43,293 bases of DNA from Bdellovibrionota bacterium (lineage in GTDB: Bacteria; Bdellovibrionota_C; UBA2361; OMII01), in NCBI GenBank assembly GCA_044356215.1, contig JBIKWQ010000024.1:1-43293 (forward strand). The letters are read 5' to 3'. The position numbers and the translations under genes were made by a program. This document shows, one piece after another, positions 27,911 through 36,920 of this stretch (position 1 is the first letter of the stretch; every line of letters begins with the position of its first letter). A model generated the notes under the pieces. That model was not told where the DNA came from, made no database searches, and saw only the letters and a program-made list of their open reading frames with translations.

Positions 27911-30720
27911 TAAAGCGAGGTCTCTCGTCTCTTCTTTAATCTAGCCAAAAGTCGGTACAGTGGCTGTTTCTTTATCTTATCTAGTTCCCTCTTGTACTCA
28001 TGCTCTTTTTCCGCTCTCATCTGGTACTGGTGCGTAAGCGAAAGATTAGTTAGTCGCAATTCATTTATCTCTGACATTCTTTTAGTTACTAAAGCTGCCA
28101 GCTCATCACTATCTATGGAAACTTTTGCGTCATGAGCTAGCTTCGTCCTTCCGCTTTCTGCCCCCGCGTCGCGCCCCTCAAGGGAAACATCATTACCGCG
28201 ATCTTTGAGATTGGATACGCACAAAGCAGCTACGGACTCTCCCCGTATTAAACGAGCAAAAAGGTGCGCGTAGCGCTCAAAACACGCGAACTCCGAGAAA
28301 GATTCCGTAGAGGCAGCCGCATTTTCCCGCATACTCGCCAGAGGACCATCAGCCTCGAGCATCATCCTTACCTTGGCTAAATAAGACTCTGGCTGATTAA
28401 CGAGCGGCTCGATCAAACCGTTGTATCCGTCTCTCAAATAGCTGTTAACGCCACCAGAGTTAGACGCCACAACCGCCGCGCCACATGCTAGAGCCTCTAA
28501 CGGCAGCAACCCAAAACCTTCGTGCAGGGACGCGTCAACAAATATATCAACATCTCTAAGATAGGTGGCGAGCTTGTCCCTCCCAACAGGTATAGTGACA
28601 ATCTTGGTATCGCTTTGCTCTATCCACGGCGACTCAAATGGATAATCGGCGGGCTTAAAGACCGTCAGGGCAACTCTTTCACGGTCCGCGAACAGCAGAT
28701 CCACCAACTCTCGCAGCACAAATTGACCTTTGTCCGCGGCGGAACGGAACACGACCCCTACTCTCTTCCGCTCCGCAGCTTCATTACCTTGTCGCTTTGG
28801 AAAGAAAGTCAGGTGGTTTACACCTATCGGTAGCAGCACAACCTCCTTATTAGGAGCCTTAGCTCTTACCAAGCGCGCCAGCCATTCCGACGTAGTGACC
28901 AGCAAATCGGCTGAAAAGTAAGAGTCTTTTACCACCTCATAATGGATTCCATTTTGGAAATACGGTTCATAGCCCTGAACAAAATTTACCAGCTTAGCTC
29001 CACTTTTCTGGGCCAGCTTCCAACTTGCGGGAACAGTCGAGAACAATGTAGAGACAACTATCTTGGGCTTGATTTGTAGCTTATTAACTAGCTCATCCTC
29101 ATTTTCAACCCGTAGCGGATTAAGATAAAGCGGCTCGGCATACTGCCTAAGAGCTGCTGGATCTAAAGCACCCATCACAACAACCTTGGCGTTAATTCCA
29201 CTAATGATTAAATGATTGCATAGGTCTAAAACAACATGCACGCCACCGATCCCCGCGCTTAAGCCAGGTAGCACAAAAAGAACGTCGCAAGGTTCAAAAC
29301 CCTCTGGCTTTCTATAATTCCTTACGCGGCTTTCTACTGCTGGGACCGGATCGTAAAAATTCGAGGTCCTGTGATAACAAGCGAAGCTTTCACCCCATAA
29401 AGTCATAAACCTTTGGTGATTCTTTTGCTGGAGTTCTTCCCTATTATTTTCATTGCGGAATGTGCCGCCACCAAAGTGATAGACGTACGCGTCTGTTACC
29501 AATACTCCTCGATATCCTTTTGCTCTTGCCCGCAGGTGCAGATCACTCTCTTCACCGTAGCCTAACCCCCAGGACTCATCCATTCCATTGACAGCGTGGT
29601 AACAATCCCTGGATACCATTAGGCAGTGCCCTACCGTGGTGCAGATATCCTCGTATGGAGCCCCCTTTACATCAGAGAGCTGCTCCAAAATATCCTCAAA
29701 AGATATAAAGCTCTCGCCTGTTGGAAGCGCGATAGTGGCGTTAGCCGCATTATTTGCCGCCGCGCAGGCCAGACCCACTGACTTATCTCGCTCAAAGGCT
29801 TTCAACAACTTCGAAATTGTTGAGCGATTGACCAAGCAATCGCTATTCAAAAAAAGCACATGACACGCCGAAGTCGCTGAAAAACCCAGATTACAAGCGG
29901 CAGCGAAGCCATGCTTACCAGAACTGGTAACCAATCGCGCTTTTGAATTTGAAGCTACTAGCTGCTCTAGCTGCTTTCTACATTCGGGACTACAACCGTC
30001 ATCTACGCAAATTATCTCACCCACTATCTCAAGATCATCGCACAGTGCTAGCGCCCTAAAAGCCCTCTCACACCAATCGATAGCGTTCTTGACCGGTATA
30101 ACTATGTCACACAGAGTAGTTTTGCTTGGCTGCTCCTCTTTTGATCCTCTTTCATTTTCCTCAAGTGAGCCCAAGACGCCCGCTCTAGAAACTGACGTAA
30201 GAGCCTTCTCTATCATTTGAGAGGCGAAATCTCTCCGTCGCGAATCGTCACGATTACTCGCAAAATCGGCTAGTACTCGAGAATTAGGAAGATCACTATC
30301 CACAACCTGTCGATATAAATCGTAATCAAATAGTGGGTAGGGTTTCAGCCCTGCTTTCGCCCCGAAGCGAAGATAATGCTCTAGTGGCGCCAAGCCGCTC
30401 AGATCTCCACAAACTTGAGATCGGTAGTGTGCGCTATCGAAAAAACTATTTGGCTCTCTCCCCTCAAGGTGGCCCCAACCGAGGTAGTGCGCCAAAGGAT
30501 TAACCCCTTGCCGCCTCAGGTCCGGAGACTTCTGCAGATAGGTCGCCGCGTCAAACAAAGGATGTGGATGCAGAGCCCAAAGAGATGAATCCTTTATATA
30601 AGAGACCGCGCACTTAATACGATTAGCCGGCAGATCCGGTCGCTGCTCTCTTAGATAGTCAACGCAAAAAAGCTTACTGCGTAAGATTAACGATACTAAT
30701 CTTAAGTCCTTCAAATTCAT
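27910..30720 (-). CDS. Multidomain glycosyltransferase: N-terminal repeats + GT2 + GT4 (WsaF-like) + coiled coil
   Basis: Repeats FD...Y...PL.HYL..G..EG..P; GT2 IVIPV, VDDGC, FLNSD, GYGEESD; GT4 EGFGLLPLEALACG; C-terminal heptads. Confidence 0.88.
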   Translation of the reverse strand: MNLKDLRLVSLILRSKLFCVDYLREQRPDLPANRIKCAVSYIKDSSLWALHPHPLFDAATYLQKSPDLRRQGVNPLAHYLGWGHLEGREPNSFFDSAHYRSQVCGDLSGLAPLEHYLRFGAKAGLKPYPLFDYDLYRQVVDSDLPNSRVLADFASNRDDSRRRDFASQMIEKALTSVSRAGVLGSLEENERGSKEEQPSKTTLCDIVIPVKNAIDWCERAFRALALCDDLEIVGEIICVDDGCSPECRKQLEQLVASNSKARLVTSSGKHGFAAACNLGFSATSACHVLFLNSDCLVNRSTISKLLKAFERDKSVGLACAAANNAANATIALPTGESFISFEDILEQLSDVKGAPYEDICTTVGHCLMVSRDCYHAVNGMDESWGLGYGEESDLHLRARAKGYRGVLVTDAYVYHFGGGTFRNENNREELQQKNHQRFMTLWGESFACYHRTSNFYDPVPAVESRVRNYRKPEGFEPCDVLFVLPGLSAGIGGVHVVLDLCNHLIISGINAKVVVMGALDPAALRQYAEPLYLNPLRVENEDELVNKLQIKPKIVVSTLFSTVPASWKLAQKSGAKLVNFVQGYEPYFQNGIHYEVVKDSYFSADLLVTTSEWLARLVRAKAPNKEVVLLPIGVNHLTFFPKRQGNEAAERKRVGVVFRSAADKGQFVLRELVDLLFADRERVALTVFKPADYPFESPWIEQSDTKIVTIPVGRDKLATYLRDVDIFVDASLHEGFGLLPLEALACGAAVVASNSGGVNSYLRDGYNGLIEPLVNQPESYLAKVRMMLEADGPLASMRENAAASTESFSEFACFERYAHLFARLIRGESVAALCVSNLKDRGNDVSLEGRDAGAESGRTKLAHDAKVSIDSDELAALVTKRMSEINELRLTNLSLTHQYQMRAEKEHEYKRELDKIKKQPLYRLLARLKKRRETSL

Positions 30721-31020
30721 AAAACCGAGTCTTCCTTAACGGTCGATTATCCTTATAGGCCACTTAGCAGGCCACGGCGCGCTTGAATTTCTTTGCCCCT
30801 GGCCGGCAGCCAGTATGATACAGGAGCGAGTAATTTAGAACACCTTACCACGAGGAGGATGTCACTCTAACCTTGTTGATCCCATTAACGAGCTACTATC
30901 ATCATAAGCTAATGAAATCACGCGGCTTCAAAGTCGCGGTTGAGTTTCGCACTACGCACCTGCTGTTTAGGTGGCTTTTAGGCTTATTTGACCGGTAATT
31001 TCTGAATGTTAGGAGGACCA

Positions 31021-32127
31021 ATGCACGTCCCATTTTTAGATCTGAAGACCCAATATCACTCGATTAAAGAAGAGGTTATGCGTCAAGTTGACGACGTATT
31101 CTCAAACACAGCTTTCGTTTTGGGACCCCAAGTGGCCCGTTTTGAGAAGGCGTTTGCTGAATTTCTAGGTACCAAATTTAGTGTCGGCGTGGCAAACGGT
31201 ACCGATTCCCTCGTTCTAAGCTATCAGGCCCTTGGGATCGGACCTGGAGATGAGGTGATCATTCCTGCGCACACCTTTGTGGCAACCGCCATCGGTGTCC
31301 TTAACGCTGGTGCTAGGCCTGTGCTGGTTGATATCGACCCATCCACGTATCTCTTCGATTACTCAAAGCTTGAAGCAGCTATAACTCCGCGAACTAAAGC
31401 TATCTGCCCTGTGCACCTATACGGCAGAGCTTGTGACATGGACCAAGTTATGGCCTTCGCTAAAAAGCACTCTTTAAAGGTCGTCGAAGACGCGGCCCAA
31501 TCTCACGGCGCTAAGTGGAAAGGAGTTGCGACAGGAACTTTTGGTGAGTTCGGATCGTTTAGCTTCTATCCTGGAAAAAACTTAGGAGCTTACGGAGATG
31601 GTGGAGCGATTTGCACGGCTTCCGCTGAATTGAACTCTAAGATCCGCAGACTGCGTAACTACGGCTCAGAGATTAAGTACGAGCACCCTGAGCGTGGAAC
31701 AAACTCACGACTCGATTCCGTACAAGCGGCGATCCTTGATATTAAGCTTAAGCACTTGGCTAAATGGAACGCCGATCGGCACGCGGCCGCGGTGCGTTAC
31801 GCTGAGCGATTAAAGCCGCTTGAGTCACGCGGTGTGGTAGTACCTGATGTAAGAACCTCTGATGAGCATGTGTTTCATCTGTTCGTGATTCAGGTGGAGA
31901 ACCGCACGAAGGTGATGGAATACCTGGCTAAGAACGACGTACATACAGGCATTCACTATCCTGTGCCGTTTTATCTGCAAGGTGGATACCGTGAGCTTGA
32001 GTACTCTAAGGGGGCTTTCCCAGTAACTGAGGCTATAGCGCCGAAGATCCTGTCGCTGCCGATGTTCCCTGAGCTAACTACTAATCAGATAGATTTTGTG
32101 GTTGAGAAGTTGGCTGAGGTGGTCTAA
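31021..32127 (+). CDS. DegT/DnrJ/EryC1/StrS PLP-dependent sugar aminotransferase (FdtB/QdtB-like)
   Basis: VPFLDL, PVHLYG, EDAAQSHGA, FSFYPGKNLGAYGDGG, NSRLD. ATG at 31021 follows an AGGAGG SD. Confidence 0.93.
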   Translation: MHVPFLDLKTQYHSIKEEVMRQVDDVFSNTAFVLGPQVARFEKAFAEFLGTKFSVGVANGTDSLVLSYQALGIGPGDEVIIPAHTFVATAIGVLNAGARPVLVDIDPSTYLFDYSKLEAAITPRTKAICPVHLYGRACDMDQVMAFAKKHSLKVVEDAAQSHGAKWKGVATGTFGEFGSFSFYPGKNLGAYGDGGAICTASAELNSKIRRLRNYGSEIKYEHPERGTNSRLDSVQAAILDIKLKHLAKWNADRHAAAVRYAERLKPLESRGVVVPDVRTSDEHVFHLFVIQVENRTKVMEYLAKNDVHTGIHYPVPFYLQGGYRELEYSKGAFPVTEAIAPKILSLPMFPELTTNQIDFVVEKLAEVV

Positions 32128-32218
32128 GGGCTCTTGGTAGTAAAGGTAGCCAAACCTCTGAACTTACTAAATTCTCGATAGCTTGTTATATTTAATAAGC
32201 AAATACAAATAGTTAATA

Positions 32219-32257
32219 GTGCTATACTCTAATTAATAAGTGCTGTATAATTAGTCT
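32219..32257 (+). promoter_or_regulatory. AT-rich promoter with -10 TATAAT overlapped by an inverted repeat; probable leaderless start
   Basis: TATAAT at 32246-32251, 6 nt before ATG 32258, no SD. Inverted repeat CTAATTA (32229-32235) / TAATTAG (32248-32254). Second TGnTATACT at 32220-32228. Confidence 0.55.
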
Positions 32258-32761
32258 ATGGACCTTATACAGAACGTCATGGCGCTCCTCGATGCGGAAC
32301 TAGCGGACATAAACCGCGAGCGTGGTTTGGAAGATTTACCGAGCTTAAAAACTGTTGAGATAAAAATCTTAGGGCAAATGTCTTTGCTGATGGATCCATC
32401 CGCAAAAGATATTAATCCTACTGCTACGCGTGACCTTGACGCCTTGATTGTCGGCGACTTTGTGGCAGCCGATAAACTGAGATCTATTCTTAAATCAAAA
32501 GGGCTTGTTTACGACGAGCTAAGCAAAGAGATCTGGCTCCCTGACAATGCTATATTCATTCCATATTACAGCTCAGAGAATCTTACAGTTTCATATCTCG
32601 ATCCAATCTCCGCCCTTACAAGCAAAGCCATAAAGGCGAGAGAGAAAAATCGTTTTCTGATTCGCAGAGCATTAGAGGTTTTCGGAAAAGCTCTCACACA
32701 GGAGATTACCAGGTACGGAGGTGATCTCAACTATTTTAGAAATGGGACTCTTGAACTCTGA
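32258..32761 (+). CDS. DUF6036-like putative nucleotidyltransferase
   Basis: 'IKILGQMSLL' and 'ATRDLD' (T.D.D) motif, 'LTSKAI.AREK' helix; 167 aa. Confidence 0.6.
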   Translation: MDLIQNVMALLDAELADINRERGLEDLPSLKTVEIKILGQMSLLMDPSAKDINPTATRDLDALIVGDFVAADKLRSILKSKGLVYDELSKEIWLPDNAIFIPYYSSENLTVSYLDPISALTSKAIKAREKNRFLIRRALEVFGKALTQEITRYGGDLNYFRNGTLEL

Positions 32762-32762
32762 C

Positions 32763-33251
32763 ATGAGCGAAATGCAAAAAAACAACTCGCTATTTTTAGA
32801 ACATCGAGTACTGGGATTTCTCGTGGCCAAAGGGCTTCTTTTTGCACCTCATGTTAAGCCTCTAGGTTCTGCTAAAATCAAGATCTCTGATGCCATAAAA
32901 GTCGGCCTTACATCTGAACCTCGAGTTCTTGAAGTTCTCCCTGCGGCACTACTTCATTTTCCTCGTTCATTTCTCGGACATCAAGACATGCCGGATAAAT
33001 TGAAACAAACGCTTGATTGCATTCGCCAAGGGAGCCAATCAGGGCCGTCGCTTTCCGGCATCCCGTACTCAGCAATGCTAAGGTGGGCAAATGAGCAATT
33101 ACCGGATAAGCGAACCCGCCCGGAAAGCCAAAGAAAAATAACAAAAGCTTTCAGATTAAAAAAGTCAGCCCTAGAAAAACTGACCAAAGCCGCTCAGAAA
33201 GAACAAATCTCGCAACGTGCTCTTTTAGAAAAGCTCCTGGAGGACCTTTAA
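32763..33251 (+). CDS. Hypothetical protein with C-terminal ribbon-helix-helix-like DNA-binding segment
   Basis: C-terminus 'KITKAFRLKKSALEKLTKAAQKEQISQRALLEKLL' fits an RHH pattern. ATG is 1 nt after the upstream stop. Confidence 0.55.
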   Translation: MSEMQKNNSLFLEHRVLGFLVAKGLLFAPHVKPLGSAKIKISDAIKVGLTSEPRVLEVLPAALLHFPRSFLGHQDMPDKLKQTLDCIRQGSQSGPSLSGIPYSAMLRWANEQLPDKRTRPESQRKITKAFRLKKSALEKLTKAAQKEQISQRALLEKLLEDL

Positions 33252-35584
33252 CCAAATCTTACAGGCGGCTTACCCAACTCATAGCCCACGTTCTCAAGCT
33301 TAAAGTTAGGATTATAGTAAGGGTCGTTTAGCAACTTCTCCCCCCACCTCTCCTGCATCGCTTTAAATTCACGGGCGAAACGGGCCTTCTTTTCAGGGCT
33401 ATCCTCATAACCACGAGAAACTGACTCGTGATGCAAAAGCTCGGCGTACGGAGTGTAAACGATAAGATATCCGGCTTCTCTTATTTTTAGACAGAGATCG
33501 ATATCGTTAAAAGCGACAGCTAACCGCTCCTGATCAAAACCGCCTACTTTCTTGAACAGATCTGTATGAACTAACATACAGGCCGCTGTAACCGCTGATA
33601 GATTCTGCGGCAAAACAGCGCGACAGAAATATCCCAAGCTTCCAACTGAGAAGGTCTTAAACTGATGCCCAGCGACTCCGCCGATGCCAGTTATTACTCC
33701 CGCATGCTGCACAGTTCCATTTGGAAACAACAGGCGCGCGCCAACCGCTCCGATATCTTTACGCGCTAAATTAGACACCATCTCATCCAACCAATCGGGT
33801 CGGATTATCTGAATATCATTATTAACAAAACCAAGCACTGATCCAGTAGCGTGTTTAACGGCGTCGTTGTTTATCCGCGCGAAGTTAAAAGCCCCCTCAT
33901 CTCGGATAACCTTCACTCGGGAATCCTTACTAGGAAGCTCGCGGAGATACTCAAGGGTCTCCGGATCATTGCTGCGATTATCAACGATTATTAGCTCGAT
34001 ATTTTTGTATGATGTTCCGTTAAGTATCCCATCAACGCACTGCGAAAGTAGTTTGTATTGGTTAAATGTTGGTACTATCAGCGAAACCAGCGGGGCCGGA
34101 CTAGGAAGAACGTATCGTGTTCTTAACATCGACAGCTCTGGGATCGACTCAACTTTAGCTCCACGATCCCCTCTTCGCTCAAGGTGCTCCGAAACGGCTC
34201 GAATCTGCGCTGCGGTTACGTAAGGCTTCGCGGATGTTTCTTTAGCTGTCGATCCCTCGATCACGCGCCAATGATAAAGTATGTGCGGGATGTGTCTTAT
34301 CTTATCGCTCGTCGTGACCTCTGACACCCTTAGCGCCAGATCCCAATCTTGCGCCCCGTTACACTCCTTTCTTAGCCCACCTAGTTGCTTGTAAATCGTG
34401 GCCCTAACGACTGTAAAGTGGCAGATGCAGTTGTGGCAAAGGAGCAACTCTGGGTTCCAATCAGATTTAAAGTAAGGATCGTGACGGACACCTTCAGGTG
34501 TTATCTTATCTTCATCACTAAAGATCAGATCAGCGTCACGGTACCGCTCAAGCTCACGCGCCATCATGTAGAGGGCATGCTCACGGATCTCGTCGTCGTT
34601 GTCTAAAAACGCGAAGAACTCTCCTGTGGCTATCTCCGCCGCTGAATTAGTTGCCTGCGAGATATGCCCGTTTGTGGTCCTAAAGACATAGACTATTCGC
34701 GGATCGATCGCTGCGTATTCCTTAATAACTTCACGCACTGCGGCGTTTGGCGAATTATCATCAGCGATACAGAGCTGCCAGTGCGGATAAACCTGGGAGC
34801 GCACAGAATCTATCGCCTGCCTCAGATAGGTCTCAGGCACATTGTATACAGGCATAAGGATAGAGAATGTTGGCTTGTACTCCATCTGCTCGATGTGAGC
34901 ACGCATCTCGCGGCGATCGCTCTCGGTTATAGTGTCGTAACGAGCGATCCACTCCGGATAAGCGTTTCTGCGAAAAAGTCGCTCTTTTAGCGCGCCTATG
35001 CCTCCGCGGCGGAGTAGTAGATAAGCTTTACTAAACTTCGATACAACAGCCTCAGGGTGCTTTACGTGATACCGAACTAGATCCCGAACCTTAGGGGCGT
35101 AACGCTGAAGCTTACCTATCTGGTTAATAACCACCTTTGGTGAAAGCTGCGCTGCCTCACTGGAGTAAAGAACTAAGGTAAAAGTTGATATGCCAGCCGG
35201 AAGCGCGGCGAAAACCGAAGCTCGTCCACTATCATCAGACGCGAACCAAATATTCCCGACGGTATCGTTTCGCGAGCTATAGTAAAGACGCCCCGTCGCT
35301 GGCCCCTTAGCTCCGTGCAGAGTGATCTGAACTTGAACCTCACCAAACGGGGGCAGCTTCTCCGAGTTGTTAGTTGAGTTAAGCTGCCACGTCATCTGTG
35401 GCATAGATTTCTCTACAGCATCATTGGCGTCAGCGACGCGGGCCTCAGTCGGAGTGGCTTCATATTTAAAGCTACCAAAGCGGAGATATCTGGGACGCTG
35501 AACACCTGAAACGCTTAAAGACACTCGCTCGGACTCCCTTGTTGGCTCAATTTTAGAATTTACTGCTGCGTTATCGCTGGACAT
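33248..35584 (-). CDS. Glycosyltransferase with two GT2 domains (RfbC-like O-antigen biosynthesis protein)
   Basis: SILMPVYN...ADDNS...FLDNDD...AQDWDL, then SLIVPT...VDNRS...NNDI...AVTAAC...FNDIDLC...HHESVSRG. Confidence 0.92.
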   Translation of the reverse strand: MSSDNAAVNSKIEPTRESERVSLSVSGVQRPRYLRFGSFKYEATPTEARVADANDAVEKSMPQMTWQLNSTNNSEKLPPFGEVQVQITLHGAKGPATGRLYYSSRNDTVGNIWFASDDSGRASVFAALPAGISTFTLVLYSSEAAQLSPKVVINQIGKLQRYAPKVRDLVRYHVKHPEAVVSKFSKAYLLLRRGGIGALKERLFRRNAYPEWIARYDTITESDRREMRAHIEQMEYKPTFSILMPVYNVPETYLRQAIDSVRSQVYPHWQLCIADDNSPNAAVREVIKEYAAIDPRIVYVFRTTNGHISQATNSAAEIATGEFFAFLDNDDEIREHALYMMARELERYRDADLIFSDEDKITPEGVRHDPYFKSDWNPELLLCHNCICHFTVVRATIYKQLGGLRKECNGAQDWDLALRVSEVTTSDKIRHIPHILYHWRVIEGSTAKETSAKPYVTAAQIRAVSEHLERRGDRGAKVESIPELSMLRTRYVLPSPAPLVSLIVPTFNQYKLLSQCVDGILNGTSYKNIELIIVDNRSNDPETLEYLRELPSKDSRVKVIRDEGAFNFARINNDAVKHATGSVLGFVNNDIQIIRPDWLDEMVSNLARKDIGAVGARLLFPNGTVQHAGVITGIGGVAGHQFKTFSVGSLGYFCRAVLPQNLSAVTAACMLVHTDLFKKVGGFDQERLAVAFNDIDLCLKIREAGYLIVYTPYAELLHHESVSRGYEDSPEKKARFAREFKAMQERWGEKLLNDPYYNPNFKLENVGYELGKPPVRFG

Positions 35585-35717
35585 GTTGGTTCTGGCTTAA
35601 TTTTGTCTATAGTTCCTGCCGGTATCCTACCTATATTGACTAACTCAGTAAACCTTACTCAAATTAGGGCGAATCGGCGTTTAAGAATCGAGAAACTACC
35701 GATTAGCCCTGATAAAA

Positions 35718-36869
35718 ATGGTTCTAAAAGCCCTCATAAACACCATCGACACGCTGATTTTCACGCGCTTGATTACTCGTCTAATAATAAACAAGGGGGA
35801 ATTAACGGCTAAAGTCACGCTTTACATCTCCGCGTCATTCCTGCTTCCCTGCGCTATTTTATTGGGCGAGCCTTACATCGTAGAGATCGTGTCACGGTTT
35901 CTAGGGTTTAGCTTTTTTGAGTCCTCAGTTAACTCACACCAGATAGCTAACACAGGGGCTCAGATCGCATTCGCTTACAATCCACCTTTTCCTTGGATTC
36001 TTCCTAGCGAGCTGTACTCCTATCTTTTCGCTGGGACTGAGCGTTTGACGAGGTTACTCGAACTAACTCCTTTAATAATCTTCATCACTTTAGTTACCTG
36101 GCTAGTTAAAAGCCCAGCTATTGCATCTAGGTGGCTAGCAGCTCTTATCCTTTGTGGCCTCACTTCCTGGGTCGCTTTTAATATTCACGGCGGAGGAGAC
36201 GCGATGTCGCCGCTGTATCTAGTCAAACCGTATCTGTATGAGACAGCCCTACAAAATGGCGCCTTGCTGGGATTTGTCTTACTAAGCTCTGGCTTATCAA
36301 TCGCCGCCTACTCGCCCTATCGACGCTTCTTTTACCTGGCTGGACTAATCGGAGTGCTGGCGCTCGTGTTTAAGCCAGAGATAGCACCAGCGACTCGATT
36401 TAAGGCTTTTAATTTAGCCCCCAGGGAGTGTCACGATAACGCTGGCGGCTGCCTATCAAACTCTGAAATCTTGGCTCTGAAATTTATCTCTGACCACACA
36501 AGCGAGATCAAGCTAAGATATCCCGACCTAACCTACTCATCAGCACCGAAAATACTAATACTTGGCCATCCAGTTGTTAGAGGACCTGAAAAATGGGTCT
36601 TTCCATCAGGGATATCAAAGGTTGTTCCACTGTACTCCAAGCTACCTGTCGCTTTCTTTTACGGTCGTGGTAATCCAGCATGGGATCATGAGAACTATCT
36701 TGCGAGGGTGTGCAAAAAGCTTGATCTAACGTGGCTAAGGGATCGCAATGTGCGTTTCCTGGTGTTAGGTAAACGAGATCCCGGTTGCCTGAGTCACCGA
36801 CGTGATGTTGTTAAGAACTCTGAGACGCTCTTTGAGATGGATGGGGTGAGGGTGTTGAGGATGTTTTGA
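35718..36869 (+). CDS. Hypothetical membrane protein (TM segments + soluble C-terminal domain), possibly 5'-truncated
   Basis: Long ORF with several hydrophobic segments; no recognisable family motif. Confidence 0.45.
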   Translation: MVLKALINTIDTLIFTRLITRLIINKGELTAKVTLYISASFLLPCAILLGEPYIVEIVSRFLGFSFFESSVNSHQIANTGAQIAFAYNPPFPWILPSELYSYLFAGTERLTRLLELTPLIIFITLVTWLVKSPAIASRWLAALILCGLTSWVAFNIHGGGDAMSPLYLVKPYLYETALQNGALLGFVLLSSGLSIAAYSPYRRFFYLAGLIGVLALVFKPEIAPATRFKAFNLAPRECHDNAGGCLSNSEILALKFISDHTSEIKLRYPDLTYSSAPKILILGHPVVRGPEKWVFPSGISKVVPLYSKLPVAFFYGRGNPAWDHENYLARVCKKLDLTWLRDRNVRFLVLGKRDPGCLSHRRDVVKNSETLFEMDGVRVLRMF

Positions 36870-36920
36870 GGGCGGAGGTGTAGCGAGGCTCGCTAGGAAA
36901 AGCGGGAAGAATGACCTGTG

